The notes under the pieces were generated by a model, which did not search any database, was not told where the DNA came from, and was given only the letters and a program-made list of their open reading frames with translations. The position numbers and the translations under genes were made by a program. Positions 9,833-19,484 of a stretch of 64,000 nt of DNA are shown piece by piece (position 1 is the stretch's first letter; every line of letters begins with the position of its first letter). The stretch spans positions 3,168 to 67,167 of the forward strand of contig JBOHTB010000013.1 of assembly GCA_050733435.1 (NCBI GenBank), given 5' to 3'. This DNA is from Gemmatimonadaceae bacterium (lineage in GTDB: Bacteria; Gemmatimonadota; Gemmatimonadetes; Gemmatimonadales; Gemmatimonadaceae).

Positions 9833-10670
9833 GAAGACTATTGTCGCGGGTCTTGCGCTCGCGCTAACCGCACCCGTTCTCGGCGCGCAGCAGCAATACG
9901 GACGCGACACGGATACGTGGCGGTGGGACGGTCGGGTGGACTCCGGCCATTGGATGAACGTATTCAACGTCAACGGGTCCGTCGATTTCGCGCCAAGCTC
10001 GGACAACATGGTGCACCTGGTCGCGGAAAAGAGATCTAACGGACGCGAGATGGACGATATCCATTACGAGGTCGTTCAGGCCGGAGGCAACGTCACCATC
10101 TGCGCCATTTGGAACGATAACTCGCGCTGTGAAGATGGCGAGATGCAGCAGTATCGTAACGGTCATCACGACAACCATACATCGGTCCGGATCACCGTGC
10201 AGGTGCCGCGCGCGATTCGTGTAGGCGCCCATTCAGTGAATGGCGGGGTTGGAGTCAGGGACGTCGGCACCGAGGTTACTGCGACGACAGTGAACGGCGG
10301 AGTGAACGTTCGAAACGCGGCCGGGCCGGTGCGCGCCACGACAGTGAATGGCGGAGTGGACGTCAACACGTCGGCGGGACCTGTCACTGCCACCACGGTG
10401 AACGGTAACGTCGAAGCACGCATGGCGTCGCTGCAGAGCGAGGACGACATGGACTTCAAGACCGTGAACGGATCGGTTTCGATCTACGTGCCGGCACGAT
10501 TCGACGCGAACTTCCGGTTCGACACAGTGCACGGCGGCATCGACAGTGATTTCCCCATGACGCTGACGGGCAAGTGGGGTCCCAGACATGCGTCGGGGAC
10601 GATCGGCAATGGCGGAAGAGATGTCAGGGCAAGCAGCGTGAACGGCAGCATCGAGCTCAGAAAGCAGTAA
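9825..10670 (+). CDS. Secreted DUF4097-type beta-strand repeat protein
   Basis: Signal peptide; repeated ATTVNGGV units. Confidence 0.8.
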   Translation: MNKKTIVAGLALALTAPVLGAQQQYGRDTDTWRWDGRVDSGHWMNVFNVNGSVDFAPSSDNMVHLVAEKRSNGREMDDIHYEVVQAGGNVTICAIWNDNSRCEDGEMQQYRNGHHDNHTSVRITVQVPRAIRVGAHSVNGGVGVRDVGTEVTATTVNGGVNVRNAAGPVRATTVNGGVDVNTSAGPVTATTVNGNVEARMASLQSEDDMDFKTVNGSVSIYVPARFDANFRFDTVHGGIDSDFPMTLTGKWGPRHASGTIGNGGRDVRASSVNGSIELRKQ

Positions 10671-10677
10671 CAACGAG

Positions 10678-12786
10678 CTACCGTGTCGCTCTCGACGCTC
10701 CGAGCAGACTGACGCCGACGAAAACGGACCGTTGGGTTCCCGGCTCGTAAAACTTCCCGCCGGCCGCGTTCACGCTGACTGAAGAAACATATTTGGTATC
10801 GAACAGATTTTGTGCGCCGAAAGTTATCTCAGCGCCGGAATGTCCCATCATCGCGTGGGTGACGAGTCTGGCATTGACGATCGCGTAACCCGGTGCGCTC
10901 TCCGAGTTCGCATCGTCGACGAACATTCGGTCGGCGAGGTTGGCTTCCGTCACGAAAGCGCCAAAAAATCCGTGGGCAGTCACCGTCGCCTGAAAAACCT
11001 GGGACGGAATGCCTGGGATGTGGTGGCCCGCGTAGTGCGCGGTGTCGACGGTAAAGTCGACGAAGCGGTAATTCGCGTAGGTGTAGGCTCCGGCAAGATC
11101 CACCGGGCCAACAGCCACGCCGCTCCCGAGCTCGACTCCCCGGCGCGAAGTCCGGCCCGCATTCCGAAAGTAGCGTCGGCCCGCTCCTCCTGGAATGTCA
11201 TAGGGAATGAGCTCGTCGTGCACGACGGTTGCGAATAGCGCCGTGCTGTACTGGAAGCCGCGCGTTGTAACACCCTTGGCTCCTACTTCGTACGTCGTCG
11301 ATTTCTGTGGCTGGAGATCACGATTGATCCCGGCTGCGCCGCTGGGCTGGTTTCCCAGCTCTGTAGCAGTCGGAGTCTCGAACGCAGAGGATACGTTAGC
11401 GTACAGGCTCTGAAGTGGTGACACTCGGGCGAGCAGTCCGATCATCGGGCTCACGGCATCGAGAAGACGATGACCGGAGTCGTCCGGATTCGTCGCGTTG
11501 ATGAGTCGATCCTTGACCTGAAAGCGAACGGCATCCGCCCGCGCCGATGCCGTGAGACTGTATCGCTCGCCCAGCTCGAGCTCGTCTCTCAGGTATGAGC
11601 CAAGAGACGAGATCAGCTCGCGCTGATTGAGAGTCACTACGCCGCGCTCAAACGCGAGATTCGGGCAAGTCGCCGTCGGCGTCGTTAGAGGCGGAATATC
11701 GTTGCAGTTGGTGTAGTTGAGACGGAGATCGTTTTGGAGCTGAAGGTCTGTTCCCGCAGTGAGCCTCTGATCCATTCCGAGAACCGAGACCGGCACCGTC
11801 GCACGCACATTTCCCCCTGCCGTCGTGCGGCCGACGTCTACGATTCCGAAGGTCAGTGGATTGCTCAAGGAGCGCGTACCGGCATACGCCGAGACCTCGA
11901 GGTCGCCGCGACCAACGGTGTGGCGCCCGGTGAGACCAAGCTGCGACTGCGATACGGCTTTGCGGGCGCGCTTGCGCACCGACAGAGGATCCGCCATTCG
12001 GGGGTTCGCCTCGAACTGTGCGCGCGTCAACGCTCCGGGATTCTGCGCGGTCGGCGTATTCACTCCCATCCAGTCGAGGGCGTACGATCCGCTGCCGCGG
12101 TCAAGGGACAACCGACCGAAGCCATTAGTCATTTTCTGTCTGGAGTAATCACGATAGCCGTCGCTCTCAGTTTCGGCGACACTGCCCTGATAGGCGAGTC
12201 CGTCAACGATGCCGCCGGTTTTCGCGACGAGTCTCCGCGTTCCGAACTCTCCCGTGGAGAGTCGTGCTTCACCGGACACCGGGACCGGAAGGGGATCGCT
12301 GGTGCGAATGTCGACCACTCCACCGCCAGCGTTTCCATAGAGCGACGAGGAGCTGCCGCGCATCACTTCCACCTGTCCCACTGACTCGAGATCCAGATAG
12401 TCCACCGGCGTCTGCCCGTCGGGCAGCGTAAGGGGGATTCCGTCGCGCAGAACGCGAATGCCACGAACACCGAACGCGGATCGCGCGCCGAAGCCTCGAA
12501 TGGAGATGCGCGGGTCCTGCGACGGATTGTTCCGATTAGAAACTGTGAGGCCCGGCACGAGCCACAGCGCTTCGTCGAGCGAGAGATGACGCTGGCCGGG
12601 GCGCGCAGAGTCCGGCGACTGAATCGTGACAGCGAACGGCAGGTCCAGCGTCGAGCCGCGCGTACCCCGTCCCACTTCGACAACTACCGGAGGAAGCCTG
12701 GTGACGGCCGTATCCTGCGCCGTCGCGTGCGTGCCCGCCGCGGCCAGAAGGAGGAGCACCAGCAGGGACGTGACCTTCGAGGGCAT
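10678..12786 (-). CDS. TonB-dependent outer membrane receptor
   Basis: Plug motifs ISIRGFG, DGIPL and VEVMRGSSSSLYG; C-terminal NLFD..Y barrel motif. Confidence 0.92.
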   Translation of the reverse strand: MPSKVTSLLVLLLLAAAGTHATAQDTAVTRLPPVVVEVGRGTRGSTLDLPFAVTIQSPDSARPGQRHLSLDEALWLVPGLTVSNRNNPSQDPRISIRGFGARSAFGVRGIRVLRDGIPLTLPDGQTPVDYLDLESVGQVEVMRGSSSSLYGNAGGGVVDIRTSDPLPVPVSGEARLSTGEFGTRRLVAKTGGIVDGLAYQGSVAETESDGYRDYSRQKMTNGFGRLSLDRGSGSYALDWMGVNTPTAQNPGALTRAQFEANPRMADPLSVRKRARKAVSQSQLGLTGRHTVGRGDLEVSAYAGTRSLSNPLTFGIVDVGRTTAGGNVRATVPVSVLGMDQRLTAGTDLQLQNDLRLNYTNCNDIPPLTTPTATCPNLAFERGVVTLNQRELISSLGSYLRDELELGERYSLTASARADAVRFQVKDRLINATNPDDSGHRLLDAVSPMIGLLARVSPLQSLYANVSSAFETPTATELGNQPSGAAGINRDLQPQKSTTYEVGAKGVTTRGFQYSTALFATVVHDELIPYDIPGGAGRRYFRNAGRTSRRGVELGSGVAVGPVDLAGAYTYANYRFVDFTVDTAHYAGHHIPGIPSQVFQATVTAHGFFGAFVTEANLADRMFVDDANSESAPGYAIVNARLVTHAMMGHSGAEITFGAQNLFDTKYVSSVSVNAAGGKFYEPGTQRSVFVGVSLLGASRATR

Positions 12787-12857
12787 CCCTGTATATAGTA
12801 GGGCGTCGGCGCAGTCTCAACGGCCCCGCGCGCGCCGCAGCGCTCCAGCGATCCCGC

Positions 12858-15728
12858 CTAGCCCTCGTCCAGAACTTTCCTGACTGTCTGAAGGAGCGCT
12901 TCAGTCGTAAAAGGCTTTTGCAGGAAGCTCTTGGAGGGCTCGATGAATCCACGGCGGATGATGTCGTCGTCAGTGTATCCCGACATGTACAATGACTTTA
13001 TCGTCGGCCTCACGCCGACAAGGCGCTCGACGAGTCCGCGCCCGTTCATGCCTGGCATGACGACGTCAGTCAGCACCAGATCGATTTGCCCTTTTTCCCT
13101 GCTGGCGATCTCCATTGCATCGCGACCGTGCTGCGCCGAAATCACCCGATAGCCCTGCTTCTCCAGAATTCTGCAAGTGAGCCCACGTACTGCTTCTTCG
13201 TCTTCCACGAGGAGAATAGTCTCCGAGCCGTGATTGCTCGCTTGCCCGGCCCCCTGGTGCTCGCTCGCCGACCCGAACGCAGCGGCCGCGCTCACTTCCG
13301 GGAAATAAAGCTTGAGCGTGCTGCCGAGGCCCGGCTCGCTGTATACCCAGACATAACCTCCGGATTGCTTGACGATTCCATACACCGTGGCGAGGCCAAG
13401 CCCGGTACCCTTGCCGGCTTCCTTGGTAGTGAAGAACGGATCGAAAGCATGCTCCCTCGTTTCGTGTGTCATGCCCAGGCCGTTGTCCGTCACGGCGAGC
13501 ATCACGTAGTGGCCCGCCATGACTGGCGCATGCTCACTGGTGTAGGCCTCGTCCAGCATGGCGTTCCTGGTTTCGATGTTGATCCGTCCGCCCTGAGGCA
13601 TCGCGTCTCGTGCGTTGACGACGAGATTGACCAGTACCTGCTCGAGCTGCCCCGGGTCGGCAACGACGTACCCGCGCGCGTTGCACTGGGAGCTGATTGT
13701 GATGTCTTCGCCGATCAGGCGGCGGAGCATCGGCTCGACGGTCGCAACCACGCTGTTCATGTCCAGGACGCGCGGCTGAAGAATCTGCTTGCGGCTGAAT
13801 GCGAGCAGCTGTCTCGTGAGCGACGACGCTCGCTCAGCGGCATTTCTTATCTGCATCACATCGGAGCTGCGCGGGTCGTTGGCATCGAAGCCATCCATGA
13901 TGATCTCTGTATTGAGACGAATCACAGTCAGCAGGTTATTGAAGTCATGCGCGACGCCGCCGGCGAGACGTCCAACCGCGTCCATCTTCTGCGATTGCCG
14001 GAATTGCTCCTCGAGATTTCTGCGCTCGGTGAGATCTATCGACACACGCACGAATCCAAGTACGTTGCCGTCTCCGTCGCGTACGGGCGAAGTAGTCAAG
14101 AGAGCGGGGAAAGGCTTCCCGGATTTTCCGTGCACCAGAAATTCACCGGTCCAGGCTTCGCCCGCGGCGGCGCGCTCGACGATCTCCGAGCTGTGCTCCC
14201 GCATGAAAGGTGAGGGCGTGAGCTCCTGGATGGTCTGTCCGACTGCTTCTTCGGCAGTCCAGCCGTAAAGATTTTCCGCGAATTTATTCCAGAATATCAC
14301 GATGCCGTCGGGATCAGTAGCGACCACGGCCTGCTGCACGGCGTTGAGGAGCTGGGCCTGGAATCGGATCGCCGCCTCGGACCGAGTGCGCTCCGTCACG
14401 TCGGTCATCGCGCCAATCATCCTTACGGCGACACCGGCACTATTGCGGGTTATGTGGCCGCGATCGACGATATTTGCGTAAGTGCCGTCGGCGCGCTTGT
14501 ATCGATATTGGTCAGCCCACTGAGTGCCGCCATGATCGATGACGCCTTTGAGTCCCGCCACCACCCGCTCCCGGTCATCGGGATGCAGGTGATCATAAAA
14601 CCAGTCGATCCCCGGACGGATCCGGTCCTGGTCGTGGCCAAGGACAGTCTGAACCGAGTCGTTCCAGATCACCGAGTTCATTACGACATCCCAGTCCCAG
14701 ATGACGTCGGTGATTGCGCGGGCGACGAACTTGAAACGCTCATCGGTGCTCCTCACCGCGCTTTCTGCCTTTCGCTGGTCGGTGACATCCACGACGATTG
14801 CAACGGCAGCGACGATCTTTCCATCGGCATCCTTGATTGGCGCGGAACTGACTCGTACGAACCCGTCAGTGCCGTCACCCCGCTCGATGCGGATCTCCTC
14901 CGCGCCAACCGGCGCGGAGGTTAAGACCGTCCTCGCGAGCGGCCAGTCGAGTGACGAGTAGGGCCTGCCGTCCTCGTGGAAACCGATCCAGTCGTCGTAG
15001 CTCTTGAGATCGGGAGCCGGGTTGAAGGACTTTCTGAATATCGCCGTCATCTGCGCATTCACTGACACGAGTCTCCCGGACGGGACTTCGGCAACCGCCA
15101 CCCCGACTGGCATTTGTTGCTGTACCGCATTTGCCAGTGTCCGCTCCGCCACGAGACGAAGGTGCGCATCTCGCGCCGCACGCTCGGCGACCCTTCTCTG
15201 GATCTCAGACATAACTGCCGATGCGACTGCCGAGAGCGTCTCGATTTCGCGTGGTGTCCAGAGACGCATGCGGTGGTCTATCGCGCAGAGCGTCCCGAGC
15301 ACATCGCCGTTGTCGTTGACGAGCGGAATTCCAGCGTATGCTTTTCCGAGTAGCGCTCGGCCTGCCGCGGCCGGCTCGCTGTCGGTGTCGGGGACAATGA
15401 CTGGCTCTCCGCGAGTGACAACCACCGAGCAGAGCGTGGTGTTGAGCGGATTCCATCCGTTGCAGGCGATCGGACCAGCCGAGTCATTTGGGCCTCCCGC
15501 CGCGACGCTCTTGAAGAACTGGCGCTCGCTATCCACGAGCGAGATGATGATTGGTGCTCCGACAATCTGGGCTGCCAGGCGGGCAAGCCTATCGAAGCGT
15601 TCCTCCGCGCTCGTCTCGAGAAGTCCCGTCTTTTTGAGCGCCGCGAGTCTACACGGGCTGTCTAGTGTGTTTGGGTTAGGCAATGACGGGATACGGAGGG
15701 GTTGGGATAGTACTTTATGGACGAACAT
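12858..15728 (-). CDS. Hybrid sensor histidine kinase (GAF, 3 PAS, HisKA, HATPase, REC)
   Basis: FDRLARLA GAF, PAS/PAC motifs, AHDFNNLL, NARDAM, GTGLGL, LLVEDE...DVVMP. Confidence 0.93.
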   Translation of the reverse strand: MFVHKVLSQPLRIPSLPNPNTLDSPCRLAALKKTGLLETSAEERFDRLARLAAQIVGAPIIISLVDSERQFFKSVAAGGPNDSAGPIACNGWNPLNTTLCSVVVTRGEPVIVPDTDSEPAAAGRALLGKAYAGIPLVNDNGDVLGTLCAIDHRMRLWTPREIETLSAVASAVMSEIQRRVAERAARDAHLRLVAERTLANAVQQQMPVGVAVAEVPSGRLVSVNAQMTAIFRKSFNPAPDLKSYDDWIGFHEDGRPYSSLDWPLARTVLTSAPVGAEEIRIERGDGTDGFVRVSSAPIKDADGKIVAAVAIVVDVTDQRKAESAVRSTDERFKFVARAITDVIWDWDVVMNSVIWNDSVQTVLGHDQDRIRPGIDWFYDHLHPDDRERVVAGLKGVIDHGGTQWADQYRYKRADGTYANIVDRGHITRNSAGVAVRMIGAMTDVTERTRSEAAIRFQAQLLNAVQQAVVATDPDGIVIFWNKFAENLYGWTAEEAVGQTIQELTPSPFMREHSSEIVERAAAGEAWTGEFLVHGKSGKPFPALLTTSPVRDGDGNVLGFVRVSIDLTERRNLEEQFRQSQKMDAVGRLAGGVAHDFNNLLTVIRLNTEIIMDGFDANDPRSSDVMQIRNAAERASSLTRQLLAFSRKQILQPRVLDMNSVVATVEPMLRRLIGEDITISSQCNARGYVVADPGQLEQVLVNLVVNARDAMPQGGRINIETRNAMLDEAYTSEHAPVMAGHYVMLAVTDNGLGMTHETREHAFDPFFTTKEAGKGTGLGLATVYGIVKQSGGYVWVYSEPGLGSTLKLYFPEVSAAAAFGSASEHQGAGQASNHGSETILLVEDEEAVRGLTCRILEKQGYRVISAQHGRDAMEIASREKGQIDLVLTDVVMPGMNGRGLVERLVGVRPTIKSLYMSGYTDDDIIRRGFIEPSKSFLQKPFTTEALLQTVRKVLDEG

Positions 15729-15916
15729 GCCTCCCGTCGGGCCACGGGCTCAGCCGGCCAAATCGGGCTGGCCGCCTCGCGATCACATGGGCGCTACTCC
15801 TCGTATTCGTCCGAGCCCTGCACCCAGAGGAATGACTGGATGTCGATCATATCCCGTGGCCGCAGATCGCGCAGATCGCTGGACACGATGTCGGCACGCG
15901 ACGAATGCTCCTCCGA

Positions 15917-16900
15917 TCAGGCGAAGGGCGCGATTCTCACTCCACCTGGCGGAGTGGGGCGAGGTCTGGCCAGAGGAAGTACGAGCGTAAAAACCGACCC
16001 CTTCCCAAGAACACTCCTGAGTGTGATGTCGCCGCCCATTCCGCGCGCGAGTCCCTGACTGATGGCGAGGCCGAGGCCCGTGCCGTTAGTAGTTCGGGTA
16101 AGGCCACGATCAAGCTGGACGAATGGCTCGAACACGGCGTCGAGCTTGTCAGGTGGAATGCCGGCTCCGTTATCCTCTACGTTGATGGAAACTGTGCGCT
16201 CACGTACCGCGCACGAAACGCTTATGCGGCCACCGGGCTCAGTGAACTTCACCGCGTTCGAGACGAGGTTGATCATGATCTGCCTGAGCTTGTCGGGATC
16301 GGTGCGAGTGAAGACGTTCATCGTCGGCATCTCGCACTTGTAGTCGAGCGATTTGGCGCGCGCGAGGGAGCTGACTACGTCGTCGAGGTCCGCGAGGATG
16401 GCGCGCAGCGGAACGTCGATCAGCTCGAACTTCACTTCCGTCGCCTCGAGCCGGGTGAAATTGAGAATGTCGTTGATGATGCCAAGGAGATGCTGCTGGC
16501 TCCGTTTGATGCGAGCGAGGTCCGATTTCTGGGCGTCGGTGAGCGAACCGCGTATCTCCATCTCGAGGAGCTCCACATAGCCACCGATGGAGTTGAGCGG
16601 AGTACGGAGCTCGTGGCTCATCACGGCGAGAAACTCCGCCTTCGAGCGGTTCGCGGCGTCGGCAGCCTGCCACGCTTTTCTCGCCTCGCTGATGACGCTG
16701 CGCAGCTCCTCGTTGGTGAGAGCGAGCTCCTGGGCGAGCTCACGCGCTTCATTCTTCTGGTGCTCCAGCTCTCGCGCCTGCGTCTGGAGCGTTTGATTCG
16801 TCTCCTCGAGCGCTGCCATGCGCGCAGCCGCGAGCTCGCGATGATGCGACAAGCGCACAGCGCGAAATACTGCGTTGACCTTGGAGAAGGCAAATGGCAT
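15917..16900 (-). CDS. Cytoplasmic histidine kinase with coiled-coil N-terminus
   Basis: MSHELRTPL, NAVKFT, DNGAGI, GTGLGL; start uncertain. Confidence 0.88.
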   Translation of the reverse strand: MPFAFSKVNAVFRAVRLSHHRELAAARMAALEETNQTLQTQARELEHQKNEARELAQELALTNEELRSVISEARKAWQAADAANRSKAEFLAVMSHELRTPLNSIGGYVELLEMEIRGSLTDAQKSDLARIKRSQQHLLGIINDILNFTRLEATEVKFELIDVPLRAILADLDDVVSSLARAKSLDYKCEMPTMNVFTRTDPDKLRQIMINLVSNAVKFTEPGGRISVSCAVRERTVSINVEDNGAGIPPDKLDAVFEPFVQLDRGLTRTTNGTGLGLAISQGLARGMGGDITLRSVLGKGSVFTLVLPLARPRPTPPGGVRIAPFA

Positions 16901-17083
16901 TTGGCACCCGTGATCCGGGTCACTTTAGAGACGATTTTTTCTACCCGTGGGAGACAGTAGAGTACCGGATGAGTTCGGGAGGGCGCGGCAGAAGCCAATA
17001 ACGCAGATTTGTGATATTCCGCTGGTGTCCGCCGTTCCGGACTAGTCCGGGTACACATCGCGTGTATCTTGAAGTTGTTTTGC

Positions 17084-17156
<73 letters not shown>

Positions 17157-17177
17157 TTCCCCCAAAAGGAGAGACAG

Positions 17178-18362
17178 CTGTCGAAAGGTACGATCGGGAT
17201 TCTGACGGGTGGTGGTGATGTCCCCGGGCTGAATCCGGCTATCAGAGCTATCACTATTCGCGCGCTGCGCGACGGACATCGGGTTGTAGGAATTCGACGC
17301 GGCTGGGGAGGTCTCGTCGATTATGTGCGCGACGAGAAAGCCGACAACAGCGAAAACGTTCAGGTGCTCACCGAAGCGATCGTCAACCGCGCGGGTCGTA
17401 CGGGCGGGACCTTCTTGCACACGTCGCGCGTTCGGCCCAGTCACCTGCCCCTCGGCAGAGTGCCAGCGCACGTCACCGGCTATGACCAGCCGATCAACGA
17501 TACCACCAAGAACGTTCTCAAGAATCTCGAGCACATCGGCATCGACGTGCTCATTCCGATCGGTGGCGACGATACGCTCAGTTATGGAAAGCGGCTGCAC
17601 GACGAGGGTGTGCACGTCGTGGCGATTCCGAAGACGATGGACAACGACGTCTATGGCACCGACTACTGCATCGGCTTCAGTACGTGCGTCACGCGTACCA
17701 TAGAGCTCACACATCGTCTCCGCACGTCGGCGGGATCGCACGAGCGGTTTCTCGTCATCGAAGTGTTCGGACGCTACGCCGGGTTCACGGCGTTGCTTCC
17801 CACTATGGCGGGCGCCGCGGACCGGTGCGTGATTCCTGAGCACCCTGTTGATGTCGACCAGCTCGCGCAGCTGCTCATCGAAGATCGTAAACGTAATCCG
17901 AGTCGATACTCGGTCGTGCTCGTTTCCGAGGGTTCGCAGCTGGCTTCCGAGAAGGGAATGAGCTTCGAAGGGACGGAGACAGACATGTTTGGTCACCGCA
18001 AACTGGGGGGCATTGGCGAGCGCATTGGTTCGGCGCTGAAGGAATTATCCCCCAAGTACAACCAGGGCCGGCGTGTCGATGTCGTCAATCAGAAGCTCGG
18101 TTATCTCGTCCGCTCGGGCGACCCGGATGCCCTCGATTCCATTGTTCCGATGGCGTTCGGAAACCTTGCGCTCGACCTCGTTGTGAAGAAGCAGTACGGG
18201 CGCCTGGTCAGCATTCACAAGGGATTCTACGACAGCGTCCCGCTCAGCAGCGTGACATCCGACAAGAAAATCGTCGACGTTCCGAAGTACTACAACACGG
18301 ACCGGCTCCGGCCGATCTACGAGTTCGACGGCGCGCCGCTATTCATCATGACCAGCGACTGA
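17178..18362 (+). CDS. pfkA: Phosphofructokinase, probably PPi-dependent; apparent CTG start
   Basis: The frame upstream of the track ORF reads SKGTIGILTGGGDVPGLN; GGDD and PKTMDND motifs; SD AAGGAG at 17166-17171. Confidence 0.92.
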   Translation: MSKGTIGILTGGGDVPGLNPAIRAITIRALRDGHRVVGIRRGWGGLVDYVRDEKADNSENVQVLTEAIVNRAGRTGGTFLHTSRVRPSHLPLGRVPAHVTGYDQPINDTTKNVLKNLEHIGIDVLIPIGGDDTLSYGKRLHDEGVHVVAIPKTMDNDVYGTDYCIGFSTCVTRTIELTHRLRTSAGSHERFLVIEVFGRYAGFTALLPTMAGAADRCVIPEHPVDVDQLAQLLIEDRKRNPSRYSVVLVSEGSQLASEKGMSFEGTETDMFGHRKLGGIGERIGSALKELSPKYNQGRRVDVVNQKLGYLVRSGDPDALDSIVPMAFGNLALDLVVKKQYGRLVSIHKGFYDSVPLSSVTSDKKIVDVPKYYNTDRLRPIYEFDGAPLFIMTSD

Positions 18363-18371
18363 GCCGGACTC

Positions 18372-18929
18372 GTGAGCGCGCGCATCAAGCAGCGGCCTGA
18401 TGTCGCTCGGGCACTTAACGCGCTCCGGAAGATGGTGCGCGGTCTTCGCTCGTCCGCCGAGGCTGTCGAGCGCGACCTTGGTATCAGCGCGGCGCAGCTG
18501 TTCGTGCTCAGGGAGCTTGCGCTCGTACCCGAGCGCTCGGTCAAGGACCTCGCGGAAGTCACTATGACGACCCACAGCACGGTATCCCAGGTCGTGGGTC
18601 AGCTGATTGCAAAACAGCTCGTCACGCGGACGACGGATGAGCGCGACGCCCGTCGATCCGTGCTTCGTCTTACTCGTGGCGGTGGCGACCTGTTGCGGCG
18701 CGCGCCCAGGGCAATACAGGAAGACCTTGTCGACGGCTTCGGGATTTTGCCCAGCGCGGATCGTCGAAGCCTGGCAGAATGCCTGGAGAAGTGGATTGTC
18801 GCGTCCGGCCTTTCTGGCGAGCAGTCGACGATGTTATTCGAGAAGCCGCTCCTCACCGTCCGGAGGTTGCGCCGGCCCGGGCAGAAGAAGCCGAACAATG
18901 CCAGGTCAAGAGCGAAGGGGCGGAAATAA
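18372..18929 (+). CDS. MarR-family transcriptional regulator
   Basis: ISAAQLFVL...HSTVSQVV...DERDARRSVLRLT. Confidence 0.85.
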   Translation: MSARIKQRPDVARALNALRKMVRGLRSSAEAVERDLGISAAQLFVLRELALVPERSVKDLAEVTMTTHSTVSQVVGQLIAKQLVTRTTDERDARRSVLRLTRGGGDLLRRAPRAIQEDLVDGFGILPSADRRSLAECLEKWIVASGLSGEQSTMLFEKPLLTVRRLRRPGQKKPNNARSRAKGRK

Positions 18930-18959
18930 AAAAGGGGCGTCGAGAGACGTCCCCTTTTT
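18928..18959. terminator. Bidirectional intrinsic terminator
   Basis: A-tract, GGGGCGTC-GAGA-GACGTCCCC hairpin, T-tract, between convergent genes. Confidence 0.8.
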
Positions 18960-18981
18960 ATTCCAACCGCTTATCACCTGA

Positions 18982-19359
18982 TTAGGTGCAGGTGATCACA
19001 CCAGCTGTCGTGACGCCATTGTCACAGGTCTTCGCCGAGAGCGAGTGGGTCGCTGTCGCCGTCCACGAAGGCGGCGGGCCAGTGACTGCAGTCGCTATGA
19101 CCGTCACGTTCTGCGACGGAGTGAAACCATTCAGCGGCGTGGCATTGTCTGCCGTACCCGAGAAGTACGCACCATTGTTGTCGGCGGCATACTGCTCTTC
19201 ATACGTAGCGAGGTTACGAAGGTCAGACTTCATCGCGGCGACGTAAGCCTTGTCCTTCGTGTTCGCGAACTTCGGAATCGCGATCGCGGCAAGAATGCCG
19301 ATGATGACGACCACGATCAGAAGCTCAATAAGGGTAAAGCCCTTTTTGTTGGTGAGCAT
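18982..19359 (-). CDS. Type IVa major pilin-like protein
   Basis: Prepilin site KKG|FTLIELLIVVVIIGILAAIAIP, C-terminal Cys pair, SD GGAGG. Confidence 0.93.
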   Translation of the reverse strand: MLTNKKGFTLIELLIVVVIIGILAAIAIPKFANTKDKAYVAAMKSDLRNLATYEEQYAADNNGAYFSGTADNATPLNGFTPSQNVTVIATAVTGPPPSWTATATHSLSAKTCDNGVTTAGVITCT

Positions 19360-19484
19360 GTGTTCCCTCCAGGAGATTGTACTGCTTTGCTTCTGAAGCA
19401 TTGACGATTTTCTCCTCTGCGCAGCAACCCAAAACCGTCGGTACCGACATACAATTTTTGTCACGATCGCGTCATGCGGTGACG

